Assembly (NCBI GenBank): GCA_030018135.1
Contig: JASEGJ010000015.1
Location: 1-24,298 of the forward strand
Direction of reading: 5' to 3'
Origin: Candidatus Hodarchaeaceae archaeon
Lineage (GTDB): Archaea > Hadarchaeota > Hadarchaeia > Hadarchaeales > Hadarchaeaceae
DNA: 24,298 nt
Shown: positions 1 to 8,287 of the stretch, piece after piece
How the letters are laid out: the number at the start of each line of letters is the position of its first letter
Numbering within the stretch: the stretch's first letter is position 1
The notes under the pieces: model-generated
The model's database searches: none
The model's input: the letters and a program-made list of their open reading frames with translations, nothing else
What the model was told of the DNA's origin: nothing
Position numbers and translations under genes: made by a program

Positions 1-180
1 CAGAGATTTTTCAAAAGGAAAAAATCATCCTAACTCACGGATTCCGAGGAAAACCTCCCATCTCCACCTCCACATCCTCAACACCGAGCAGACGCATATA
101 CGTCTTGATCGGCGCCGCCTAGCAAGGGGACGCGATTCAGGGGGCTGGAGAAGTTAAGCGGAAACACTTCAGATATGAAA

Positions 181-612
181 CTACTCGAGCCTCTTGACGA
201 TCCCATCGAAGCTGCGGTCAAAGCTGATCAGGCTTTCGATTCCCTCTTCCTTCATCAGCGCGATGGTCGTACAGTCGGTGAAGCTGAGTCCCTTGGCCGA
301 GTAGCGCTTGAAGAGAGCCCAAGCCCTCGCGAAGGTTTCATCGTCGACATGCAAGAGTTCGATAAATCTGGGAATGCCACGCGGCGGGTTGCCCAAAATC
401 AGCTCGCCAATCTCGATCGCTGTGGCTGGTTTCTTGGTTCGCATCAACGCAAGCGTCACCGCTTCGTCGAACACGTAGTCTGAGGTAAAAACTGATCTAT
501 GCTCTCCACTCATAGCCCGCTGCAGGATTTCGATTGCCCTAGCGTGATTTCGATCATCGACATTGTTGAATGCGACGAAGACACCCGTGTCGATGAATGC
601 AGTCATCTTCAC
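181..612 (-). CDS. vapC: PIN-domain ribonuclease toxin (VapC family)
   Basis: 143 aa with PIN acidic motifs FIDTG, FDEAVT, SFTDC, SFDRSFD. GTG start overlaps the antitoxin stop (GTGA); ATG at 606 is an alternative start. Confidence 0.9.
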   Translation of the reverse strand: MKMTAFIDTGVFVAFNNVDDRNHARAIEILQRAMSGEHRSVFTSDYVFDEAVTLALMRTKKPATAIEIGELILGNPPRGIPRFIELLHVDDETFARAWALFKRYSAKGLSFTDCTTIALMKEEGIESLISFDRSFDGIVKRLE

Positions 613-893
613 CCCTTGCCGTAGAGGTACTTGTTGATGTCATCCTCGCATGTGGCGACGCCCCAGCTCTTCGGCAGGTTGAGGAGGCGCTTGATCTCCG
701 CTTCGCCGAGCGGGACCCTCGGACGTTTGGAAATTTTTGAGATGAGTTTTTCCTTCCTCTCTTTCGCGTCGGCGAGCAGCAACTCCAACAGCTCCTGCTG
801 TGAAACCTTCTTACCCGCCTTAAGCGTTGCCTCTGCCTGCAAAGCATCTAGCACTCGCTTGCTCCGCTCGCTTAATTTGACCGATGTCACCAT
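609..893 (-). CDS. vapB: Putative VapB antitoxin (ribbon-helix-helix-like N-terminus)
   Basis: Small basic ORF directly upstream of and overlapping vapC. N-terminus MVTSVKLSERSKRVLDALQ resembles an RHH strand-helix. ATG 893 is preferred over TTG 908 because GGATGA precedes it. Confidence 0.7.
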   Translation of the reverse strand: MVTSVKLSERSKRVLDALQAEATLKAGKKVSQQELLELLLADAKERKEKLISKISKRPRVPLGEAEIKRLLNLPKSWGVATCEDDINKYLYGKG

Positions 894-913
894 CAGATCA
901 TCATCCAATTTTG

Positions 914-939
914 AATACTTTTCTACTTTTAATACTTTT
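914..939 (-). promoter_or_regulatory. vapBC promoter (TATTAAAA) embedded in three AAAAGTA(TT) direct repeats, likely an autoregulatory operator
   Basis: Plus strand AATACTTTT at 914-922 and 931-939, TACTTTT at 924-930. Minus-strand TATA-like TATTAAAA at 934-927. Confidence 0.5.
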
Positions 940-954
940 TACCGATCGATTTGT

Positions 955-984
955 GGATCATTTGACCCAACGGATCATTTGACC
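955..984. repeat. 13-bp direct repeat GGATCATTTGACC x2 (17-bp period)
   Basis: Exact copies at 955-967 and 972-984. Each contains the near-palindrome GATCA-TT-TGACC. Confidence 0.85.
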
Positions 985-1007
985 TCACATTAAGTTGGCC
1001 AAGGCGG

Positions 1008-1015
1008 TTTATAAA
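1008..1015. promoter_or_regulatory. Consensus archaeal TATA box TTTATAAA (direction uncertain)
   Basis: Palindromic TTTATAAA in the vapB-yunC intergenic region. Confidence 0.4.
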
Positions 1016-1052
1016 GAAGAAAAGGGAAAGGGGGCACGTTTTTGGCTCGCGT

Positions 1053-1103
1053 GATGTCACAGGTGTGACATCCACGGTGCCGCCTCAACGTCACAGCTGT
1101 GAC
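1053..1103. promoter_or_regulatory. Two palindromic operator-like sites GTCACAG(G/C)TGTGAC
   Basis: GATGTCACA-GG-TGTGACATC at 1053-1072 and GTCACAGCTGTGAC at 1090-1103, 34 bp apart. The second abuts AATTAAA. Confidence 0.6.
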
Positions 1104-1262
1104 AATTAAACGATATTCCAGCAGAGAAGCCGCACGCGTGCCAAACCCTCCTTCAAGCTAGCTGAATACGCACGAAAATTGCTTATGTATTTGGCTACTG
1201 GGGTCAGAACTTGTTTTTTGACAGTTGGCCCCAAATTGAAATCGTCATCGGAGGTGGGGGCG

Positions 1263-1553
1263 ATGATCGAAAAACGGAATGTAAAGATCGATGGAAAGGA
1301 AGCGTTCGGTCTGAAGGTCGAGTTGCCGGGAGCACCGATGTTGTTGCTCGTGGCTCCCAGGGGCTACGTCATGTGTGGGTACCTGAACATAGAAACCGCG
1401 GAAAGGCTGGGGCAGGTCGCCGCGGTGGTGACGGGCGTCAAGAGCTTTGAAGATGTGCTCGGCGCGGAGGTCGCGAGGGTCACTGCCCAAGCGAGGCGGC
1501 TCGGGGTCAAGGAGGGCATGCTGGGCAGAGAGGCGCTGAGGCTAATGTTCTAG
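1263..1553 (+). CDS. DUF1805 / YunC family protein
   Basis: 96 aa with motifs GYVMCGYLN, AAVVTGVKSFEDVL, LGVKEGM. GGAGGTG ribosome-binding site precedes ATG 1263, so the ORF-track start at 1179 is too far upstream. Confidence 0.8.
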   Translation: MIEKRNVKIDGKEAFGLKVELPGAPMLLLVAPRGYVMCGYLNIETAERLGQVAAVVTGVKSFEDVLGAEVARVTAQARRLGVKEGMLGREALRLMF

Positions 1554-2354
1554 CTTGGTAGCTGCCTTCATGGCCCTTCCAAATCCGTCGAGTTCCCTCA
1601 GCATTTTCCGCTCATTTTCACGATATCTTGCGACGATGTCGACGAAGGCGCTACCGACGATTGCGCCGTCCGCCCCCCACCTGAGCACCTCGCTGACGTG
1701 CGCGGGCTTGGATACCCCGAAGCCCACGGTGAGCGGCAGTTTGCCCCCCGAGGAGGCGCGCGCCCTAGCTATCAGCCCCCTGACCTCGTCGGACAGGCCC
1801 CTGCGCGCCCCCGTCACGCCGAGCAGCGAAACCAAATAGAGGAAGCCGCTCGAAAGGCTGCAGATTCGCCTCAGGCGCTCCGGCGTGGTGGTGGGCGAGG
1901 CCAGAAGGATGAGGTCGATGTCTTGATTTTTTGCGGCATTCAGCACCTCGCCCGACTCCTCCACCGGCAGATCGGGTATGACGATGCCATCGCCGCCCGC
2001 CGCGGCCAGCCTGCGCACGAAGTTCTCCACGCCAGGTCTGAACACGATGTTGCAATAGGAGAGCACCACCAGCGGCACATCGCTTCCGCTACGGATTCGC
2101 TCGATGATCTCGAAAACCGTCTCTGGGGTCGTGCCCGCCGAGAGCGCCCGGTCGTCCGAGGCTTGGATGGTCGGACCATCCGCGATCGGGTCGGAGAAGG
2201 GAAGGCCGAGTTCCAGGATATCCGCATGTTCGACGAGCACCTCGGCTATTCTCGGGGTCAGCGAGGGCCTGGGGTCGCCAGCCGTGACGAACGCGATCAA
2301 CGCGCCCTCCCCTCGTCCGCGCAGCTCGGCAAATTTCGCGGCTATCCTGCTCAA
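1542..2354 (-). CDS. trpA: Tryptophan synthase alpha chain
   Basis: [50 protein letters not shown] start overlaps the trpB stop (TTGA). Confidence 0.95.
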   Translation of the reverse strand: MSRIAAKFAELRGRGEGALIAFVTAGDPRPSLTPRIAEVLVEHADILELGLPFSDPIADGPTIQASDDRALSAGTTPETVFEIIERIRSGSDVPLVVLSYCNIVFRPGVENFVRRLAAAGGDGIVIPDLPVEESGEVLNAAKNQDIDLILLASPTTTPERLRRICSLSSGFLYLVSLLGVTGARRGLSDEVRGLIARARASSGGKLPLTVGFGVSKPAHVSEVLRWGADGAIVGSAFVDIVARYRENERKMLRELDGFGRAMKAATKLEH

Positions 2355-3547
2355 GTCTCGACCCCCATGTAGCGCGCCGCGATCTCCACATCCTTGTCGC
2401 CCCTGCCCGACAGGTTGATCACGACGAGCGCCCCCTTGCCCAGCTCCCGCCTCAGCCTCGGCAGGTACGCTAGCGCGTGCGCGGATTCCAGCGCCGGCAG
2501 GATGCCCTCGGTCTCGCACAGCAGCCTGAAAGCTTTCATCGCCTCGTCGTCGCCGACGCATCCATACTTGACGCGACCGCGCAGCTTCATGAACGCATGC
2601 TCCGGGCCGACGCCGGGGTAGTCCAGGCCAGCCGCTATGCTGTGCGTCCGCATGACCTGCCCGAACTCATCCTGCAACACGTAGCTGCGCGCGCCGTGCA
2701 GGACGCCCTCCGATCCGGCGCAAAGCGTTGCGGCATGCTTTCCCGTGCGAAGCCCCTCGCCGGCGGCCTCGACGCCGTAGAGCTTGACATCATCGTCGAG
2801 GAAATCGTAGAAGATGCCGATCGCATTGCTCCCGCCGCCGACGCAGGCGACGATGGCATCCGGCAGGCGACCCTCCTTCTCCAAGATCTGCTCCTTGGTC
2901 TCCCGCCCTATCACGCGCTGAAAGTCGCGCACGATCATGGGGTAGGGATGTGGGCCGACTATCGAGCCGAGCAGGTAGTACGTGGTGCGGACGTTTGTCG
3001 TCCAGTCCCGCAGGGCCTCGTTGATCGCGTCCTTGAGCGTGCGGGAGCCAGCCCTCACCTCGTGCACCTCAGCGCCGAGCAAGCGCATCCTAAACACGTT
3101 GAGGCGCTGCCGCTGCGCGTCCTTGCTACCCATGTATATCTCGCATTTCAGCCCAAGCATCGCGGCGGCCGTCGCGGTGGCCACACCGTGTTGGCCAGCA
3201 CCGGTCTCAGCGATGACACGTTTCTTGCCAATGTATTTGGCGAGCAGGCACTGCCCGAGTGTATTATTGAGCTTATGTGCACCTCCGTGCAAAAGGTCTT
3301 CTCTTTTCAAATACACCTTCAATCCCACTTCGGCCCCAAGCCGTTTGGCGCGGTAAAGAGGGGTCGGCCTACCGCCAAAATCTCCCAGCAATTTTTGAAG
3401 CTCCCTCTGAAACTTTGACCCCCTACTCACCTTTAGATAAGACTTCTCGAGTTCTTTGAGCGCGGGCATGAGCGTTTCAGGGACGAATTTTCCCCCGAAT
3501 TTTCCGAAGTATCCATGTTCGTCCGGGTATTTACCAACAAGGGACAT
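2351..3547 (-). CDS. trpB: Tryptophan synthase beta chain (TrpB1 type)
   Basis: [12 protein letters not shown] (PLP lysine), [39 protein letters not shown]. Confidence 0.97.
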   Translation of the reverse strand: MSLVGKYPDEHGYFGKFGGKFVPETLMPALKELEKSYLKVSRGSKFQRELQKLLGDFGGRPTPLYRAKRLGAEVGLKVYLKREDLLHGGAHKLNNTLGQCLLAKYIGKKRVIAETGAGQHGVATATAAAMLGLKCEIYMGSKDAQRQRLNVFRMRLLGAEVHEVRAGSRTLKDAINEALRDWTTNVRTTYYLLGSIVGPHPYPMIVRDFQRVIGRETKEQILEKEGRLPDAIVACVGGGSNAIGIFYDFLDDDVKLYGVEAAGEGLRTGKHAATLCAGSEGVLHGARSYVLQDEFGQVMRTHSIAAGLDYPGVGPEHAFMKLRGRVKYGCVGDDEAMKAFRLLCETEGILPALESAHALAYLPRLRRELGKGALVVINLSGRGDKDVEIAARYMGVET

Positions 3548-3548
3548 G

Positions 3549-4202
3549 TCAAAACGCCTCCTTCACCACCTCGACGAAAGCCCTCATCAACGCCGGGTCC
3601 TTTTTGCCGGGGCTCGATTCGACGCCGCTCGACACGTCCACGCCGTAGGGTCTCACGGCCTCGATCGCATCCCCCACATTGGCCGGGTTCAAGCCTCCAG
3701 CCAGAAACACCGGTTTGGAAACGGCATCCCGGATCATCCGGCTAATCCTCCAATCGTGCGTTAAGCCAGTGCCCCCGCCGGACGGCCCCTTGGTGTCGAG
3801 CAAGAGATAGTCGACAAACTCGCCAGCTTCGAGTGCACGGCTGAAAACTCCCTCCGGGTCTTCAACCCTTTGCGGCACCCCGACCACGCCGATCAGTTTG
3901 GCCCTCGTGATCCTCCTCGCCTGCTCAAACCGCTCAGCCGGAAGGCCCGAATGAATCTGCAGGTAATCCGGCTTCAGCTTCCGGGTTATCCTCCTGATCT
4001 CGATTGGACCATTGGGCACGACGACCACCACCTTCTCGACGGACTCGGGGACAACGCGCAGGATTTCGATCGCCCGCTCGAGTGCGACGTTCCTCGGCGA
4101 AGTTGGAGTTCCGACTAGCACGCCGATCATGTCCGCGCCGAGTTCGCAGGCGATCCTCGCGTCCTCGCCGTTCGTGAAGCCGCATATCTTGACCACGACC
4201 AC
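3549..4202 (-). CDS. trpF: Phosphoribosylanthranilate isomerase
   Basis: [44 protein letters not shown] 4202 follows a GAGGTGA ribosome-binding site. Confidence 0.93.
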   Translation of the reverse strand: MVVVKICGFTNGEDARIACELGADMIGVLVGTPTSPRNVALERAIEILRVVPESVEKVVVVVPNGPIEIRRITRKLKPDYLQIHSGLPAERFEQARRITRAKLIGVVGVPQRVEDPEGVFSRALEAGEFVDYLLLDTKGPSGGGTGLTHDWRISRMIRDAVSKPVFLAGGLNPANVGDAIEAVRPYGVDVSSGVESSPGKKDPALMRAFVEVVKEAF

Positions 4203-4206
4203 GAGC

Positions 4207-4977
4207 TCACCTCGCACTGACGAGCGATCGCACCTTACTCGCAACCTCGCTGGAGCGCATCAATGCGGTGCCGACGAGCACGGCATCCGCGCCCGCCTCG
4301 AGCACGGCCCTTACATCACCCGGCCCACTTATGCCGCTTTCGCTCACGAGCATCACATCGTCGGGCACCAGGGGGGCAAGTCGCCTGGTGCGACCGATGT
4401 CGACCCGCATGGTCCTCAGGTCGCGGTTGTTTATGCCGATGATTTCGGCTCCGGCCGAGGTGGCCAGTTTTACCTGCCCCTCGTCGCCGACCTCGACCAG
4501 GCTCTCCATCCCGAGCTCTCGAGCCAGCCCCATGAATCTGGGGAGCCTCCTCCCCAAGAGCTCGGTTATCAGCAGGATTGCATCGGCGCCCAGCTCGCCC
4601 GATTCATAAAGTTGGTACTCCTCGACGATGAAATCCTTCCGCAAGACGGGCACGTCCACGATTTTTCGTATCCTCGGCAGGTAGCTCGGGTCCCCCTTGA
4701 AGTACTTTGGCTCGGTCAACACCGACAGAGCGATCGCACCTCCGTCGACCATCGCCCGCGCCACCTCGAAAACATCAGCGTCAAGGTTGATGTCCCCGGC
4801 GGAAGGCGCCGCCCGCTTCACCTCGGCGATCAGCGGTACCTCGGGCGCCCCCTCGATGGCTTTTCGTAGGCTGCGCTTGGGTGAGCGATCGATGATCATC
4901 TCCCCGGCGGGCTTAACGCTGGCCCGCTGTCTTACCGCAGCCCGCACATCCCTCACGATTTTTTCGAGGACGTTCAG
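4207..4977 (-). CDS. trpC: Indole-3-glycerol phosphate synthase (probable CTG start; first standard start codon is GTG 4956)
   Basis: IAEVKRAAPS, LSVLTEPKYF, LRKDFI, GINNRDL, VSESGI, LVGTALM. In-frame extension (M)NVLEKIV is a typical TrpC N-terminus and is preceded by GGAGG. Confidence 0.92.
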   Translation of the reverse strand: MNVLEKIVRDVRAAVRQRASVKPAGEMIIDRSPKRSLRKAIEGAPEVPLIAEVKRAAPSAGDINLDADVFEVARAMVDGGAIALSVLTEPKYFKGDPSYLPRIRKIVDVPVLRKDFIVEEYQLYESGELGADAILLITELLGRRLPRFMGLARELGMESLVEVGDEGQVKLATSAGAEIIGINNRDLRTMRVDIGRTRRLAPLVPDDVMLVSESGISGPGDVRAVLEAGADAVLVGTALMRSSEVASKVRSLVSAR

Positions 4978-6049
4978 AGGATCGCCTCCAGTGCCCTCAA
5001 CTTTTGCATATCTCCGCCCGTGGCCTCGACGAGCCGGACGAGTTTCTCGTAGCTCCTGCCTGAGTCGATGGCCTCCTCCGCGGCCTCCAAGCCCTCCCGC
5101 ATATCGTTTGCCTTGCCGCCGACCACGATGGCGGCCGCCGCGTTGAGCAGAACTCCGCCGCGTTGAGCAGAACTATATCCCGCTTCGGTCCCTCCTCGCC
5201 GCGCAGCACCCTGAGCATCGTCAGCGCGTTTTCCGCCGCGTCCTCGCCGGCTATTGCGTGTGGACTCGCGCGCCGGATGCCGAAATCTTCCGGCGATATC
5301 GTATAGCTCCTGACGCCGCCATCGAAGACCTCCGAAATTTGGGTTACCCCAATCGTCGAAATTTCGTCCAAGCCACCCAAGCCATGGACGACCATGGCAC
5401 GCTCGCAGCCGAGCCTCGCCAACACGTGCGCGAGTTTTTCCGCCAAGGCGACATCGTAAACCCCCACCACCTGCGCCTGCGCGCCGGCGGGATTTGTGAG
5501 TGGGCCAAGCACGTTAAAAACGGTCCTCACGCCCATCTCCCTGCGCGGCCCTATCGCGTGCTTCATCGCACCGTGGAAGACTGGCGCAAACATGAAGCCG
5601 ATGCCGGTGCCCTCGATGACCCGCTTGACCTCCCGCGGCTGTAAGTCTATGCGCACGCCCAGGGCTTCGACCACATCGGCACTCCCCGCTCTGCTCGTTA
5701 CGGAACGGTTTCCATGTTTTGCTATCACGACCCCAGCGCCGGCCGCGACGAACGTGGCTGCCGTGCTGATGTTGAAGGTCTTGATCTTATCGCCGCCCGT
5801 GCCGCAGGTGTCGACCAGCAACCCATTCACGTTTGGATTTATCCGCGCAGCGAACTCCCGCATGACTCGGGCGAAGGCCGTGATTTCCGCGATGGTCTCG
5901 CCCTTCATGCGCAGGGCCGTCAGGAATGAGCCTATTTGAGCCGGCGTGGCCTCGCCGGACATTATGCATTTCATCGCGCCCTCGGCTTCTGCGTCCGTCA
6001 AATCTTTGCGATCGATTAGCTTCCCAATTATGGCATGCATGACGTTCAC
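4974..6049 (-). pseudogene. trpD: Anthranilate phosphoribosyltransferase, frameshifted as assembled by a 20-bp tandem duplication
   Basis: [35 protein letters not shown]. Removing one repeat copy restores the C-terminus [26 protein letters not shown]...LEAIL* ending at 4974 (351 aa). Identity is certain; pseudogene status is not. Confidence 0.8.
5135..5174. repeat. Perfect 20-bp tandem duplication CCGCCGCGTTGAGCAGAACT x2
   Basis: Copies at 5135-5154 and 5155-5174. Confidence 0.97.
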
Positions 6050-6621
6050 GCGACCATCTCAAGAAAATTCTTTACGATGAGTTTTCCCTGCAGCGTCAGC
6101 ACGGACTCCGGATGAAATTGGACCCCTCAGATGGGGTATCGCTTGTGCCTGAGCCCCATGATCTCGCAATCCTCGTCGACGGTCTCCGCCACCACCTGCA
6201 GACAGCTCGGCAGGGTTGCGCGGTCGACGGCCAATGAATGGTAGCGCGTTGCCCTGAAGGGGTTCGGCACCCTTTCGAAAAGCCTGCTGTCGTCGTGTCT
6301 TATGAGCGAGGTCTTGCCGTGCATCAAACGCTTTGCCTGCACCACCCTTCCGCCAAATGCATAGGCGATTGCTTGGTGCCCGAGACAAACGCCCAGGGTC
6401 GGCACCCTTTTGCCCAGCCTCTTGACGACGTTCACGGAGACGCCGGCATCCTTCGGGGTCTTCGGGCCAGGGGAGATCACCACCCCGTCCGGCTTTGCCT
6501 CGATGATCTTTCGCAGGGAGATATCGTTCGTGAAGATCACAGGCTCGGCGCCGAGCTCGCCCAAATACTGCACGAGATTGTAGACGAAAGAGTCGATGTT
6601 ATTTATCACGGCGATACGCAT
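6046..6621 (-). pseudogene. trpG: Anthranilate synthase component II (class I glutamine amidotransferase) with an internal in-frame TGA at 6129-6127
   Basis: DSFVYNLVQY, ISPGP, GVCLGHQ, TRYHSL. The frame continues past the TGA as [26 protein letters not shown] to 6046, overlapping the trpD GTG. Identity is certain; status (nonsense mutation, readthrough or error) is not. Confidence 0.8.
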
Positions 6622-8124
6622 TTAAACACCCGCCGCCGCGAGCAAAGATCTCGCCTTGTTCTCGGTTTCATAATATTCCTTCCATGGCGTGGAATCCGCG
6701 ACTATGCCCGCGCCGACCTGAATGTAGCCCACGCCGCGCTCGGCCACCAAAGTCCTTATGGTGATCGCGAGATCGGCTTGGCCGGCGTAGTTCAGCGAGC
6801 CTATCGCCCCGGCGTAAATTCCGCGCCTCGTCGGCTCGAGCTCCTCAATTATCTCCATCGCCCGAACCTTTGGCGCGCCGGTGACGGTACCGGCGGGAAA
6901 GGTTGCCCGCAGCGCGTCGAGTTCACCCTCGCCTTCCCGCAGCCGCCCGGCCACCGTACTCACGAGGTGTTGGACGTGACCATACTTCTCGATTTTCATG
7001 AACTCCGTGAGCCTGACCGAACCGAACTCGCAGACGCGCCCGATATCGTTCCTCCCAAGGTCGACGAGCATGACGTGCTCCGCCCGCTCCTTTTCATCCG
7101 CCAGCAGACCTTGTTCGAGAGCCCTGTCCTCCTGCTCATCCTTACCCCTTCGCCTGGTGCCAGCGATTGGCCTCGTCACCACCTCCCGGCCGTCGACCTT
7201 CACGAGGATTTCCGGGCTTGAGCCGACGATGCTTCGCCTCGGGAAGTCCAAGAAGAACATGTATGGAGAGGGGTTGATCCGCTTGAGGTTCATATAAAAT
7301 CGCCCGAGCGGCGGCGCTGGTTCGAGCCTGATCCTCCTCGAAAGTACGACTTGAATGATGTCGCCTGCGCGGATGTAGTCCTTAGCTACCTCAGCGCTTC
7401 TCTCGAAGTCAGCCTTTTCGACGTTCGACTTAAACGTTATTCTTGAGTCGGCCTCGGCTCTAGGGGTGGGTTTCATCGCCTTGAGCCACTTGATATTGGC
7501 GAGCGCTCGCTCGTATGCCGTTCGCACATCGAAGCCGTCTGTGAGCAACATCAGCGAGTAGCAGTAGGTGCGGCGCTCCAAGTGGTCGAAGATCATCGCT
7601 CGCTCGGGCAACATGAATTCCACATCTGGGTGGCGAAGGTCGTCGATAGCATGGTTGTCTAGGTCGACGACGGAGCGGATGAAATCATAGCTGATGTAAC
7701 CCACAGCACCGAGCATGTAACGCGGGCCCAGTATTCGAGGCACTTGCATGCTCTTGAGGAACATGGCCTCCTTCAGCACCTCGAGTGAGTCGGAACCGTG
7801 TCTAACACGCTCCGCGCGGCTCCTAGCGAGTTCGACAACGTCTGGCCTACCGCTGACCTCCAACACGCAGTCTCGGACAGCGACGTATAGCAGCGGGTCG
7901 CATCCCATGACCGAGTACCTCGCGGCATGCTGCGGTCCCTCGGCCGATTCGAGCAGGTAGGACGAGCGATGCAGTCGCCTGATGCGCAGGTACGTCTTGG
8001 CCGGATCCGTGCAGCCTCCAATCGCGATGGCAAGCGGAATTAGGCAGGGCCTGCCGAGTTCATCGGCTAGTTGGCTGGCCTCCTCGATGCTTGGGGTCGG
8101 CTTCGATGGTTTTTCTCCCTTCAA
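6622..8124 (-). CDS. trpE: Anthranilate synthase component I (start uncertain: TTG 8124 or TTG 8136)
   Basis: LLES and NPSPYM Trp-feedback motifs, GSSPE, PIAGT, EHVMLVDLGRND, FPAGTVTGAPK, GAGIVADS. The ORF-track ATG 8181 lies among the TRP boxes, upstream of the TATA box. Confidence 0.93.
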   Translation of the reverse strand: MKGEKPSKPTPSIEEASQLADELGRPCLIPLAIAIGGCTDPAKTYLRIRRLHRSSYLLESAEGPQHAARYSVMGCDPLLYVAVRDCVLEVSGRPDVVELARSRAERVRHGSDSLEVLKEAMFLKSMQVPRILGPRYMLGAVGYISYDFIRSVVDLDNHAIDDLRHPDVEFMLPERAMIFDHLERRTYCYSLMLLTDGFDVRTAYERALANIKWLKAMKPTPRAEADSRITFKSNVEKADFERSAEVAKDYIRAGDIIQVVLSRRIRLEPAPPLGRFYMNLKRINPSPYMFFLDFPRRSIVGSSPEILVKVDGREVVTRPIAGTRRRGKDEQEDRALEQGLLADEKERAEHVMLVDLGRNDIGRVCEFGSVRLTEFMKIEKYGHVQHLVSTVAGRLREGEGELDALRATFPAGTVTGAPKVRAMEIIEELEPTRRGIYAGAIGSLNYAGQADLAITIRTLVAERGVGYIQVGAGIVADSTPWKEYYETENKARSLLAAAGV

Positions 8125-8154
8125 GTTTAAGCCCAAAGAGGTTTCTAGGGCTTT

Positions 8155-8210
8155 TGTACTATTTAAGGCTTTGTTGTACATAATTGTACGGAGAAGAAAA
8201 AGCCTCTACA
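8155..8210 (-). promoter_or_regulatory. trpE promoter: TATA box TTAAATA (8166-8160) flanked by TRP boxes (TrpY operators)
   Basis: Plus strand TGTACT 8155-8160, TGTACA 8175-8180, TGTACG 8185-8190, TCTACA 8205-8210, all on a 10-bp grid. TGTACA is the TrpY consensus described in Methanothermobacter thermautotrophicus. Confidence 0.8.
8191..8201 (-). terminator. Possible U-rich terminator of the aroC-aroK-CM/trpY transcript
   Basis: Minus strand TTTTTCTTCTC downstream of the trpY stop and just upstream of the main TRP box pair. Confidence 0.3.
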
Positions 8211-8287
8211 ACCACACCGTCACTGAGAAAATCAGATGTATTGATTGAGTCCCGTCAACTTTGATTTTTTGTCCGCTGTCATGCTCG

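Noticed and set aside
1-180. Short minus-strand open stretch (...IKTYMRLLGVEDVEVEMGGFPRNP*)
   Set aside because: Too short, no recognisable family or supported start. Possibly a remnant but unsupported.
914-1103. Intergenic repeats as a CRISPR array or IS ends
   Set aside because: Repeats are at most about 14 bp, only two or three copies each, with no spacer architecture and no cas or transposase gene.
6127-6129. Genome-wide TGA reassignment to explain the trpG stop
   Set aside because: TGA ends many genes here at their expected C-termini (trpB, trpC, trpF, aroC, aroK, aroD, aroE, tyrA), often in NTGA overlaps.
8137-8181. ORF-track ATG 8181 as the trpE start
   Set aside because: It lies between TRP boxes and upstream of the TATA box, and the encoded residues are not TrpE-like.
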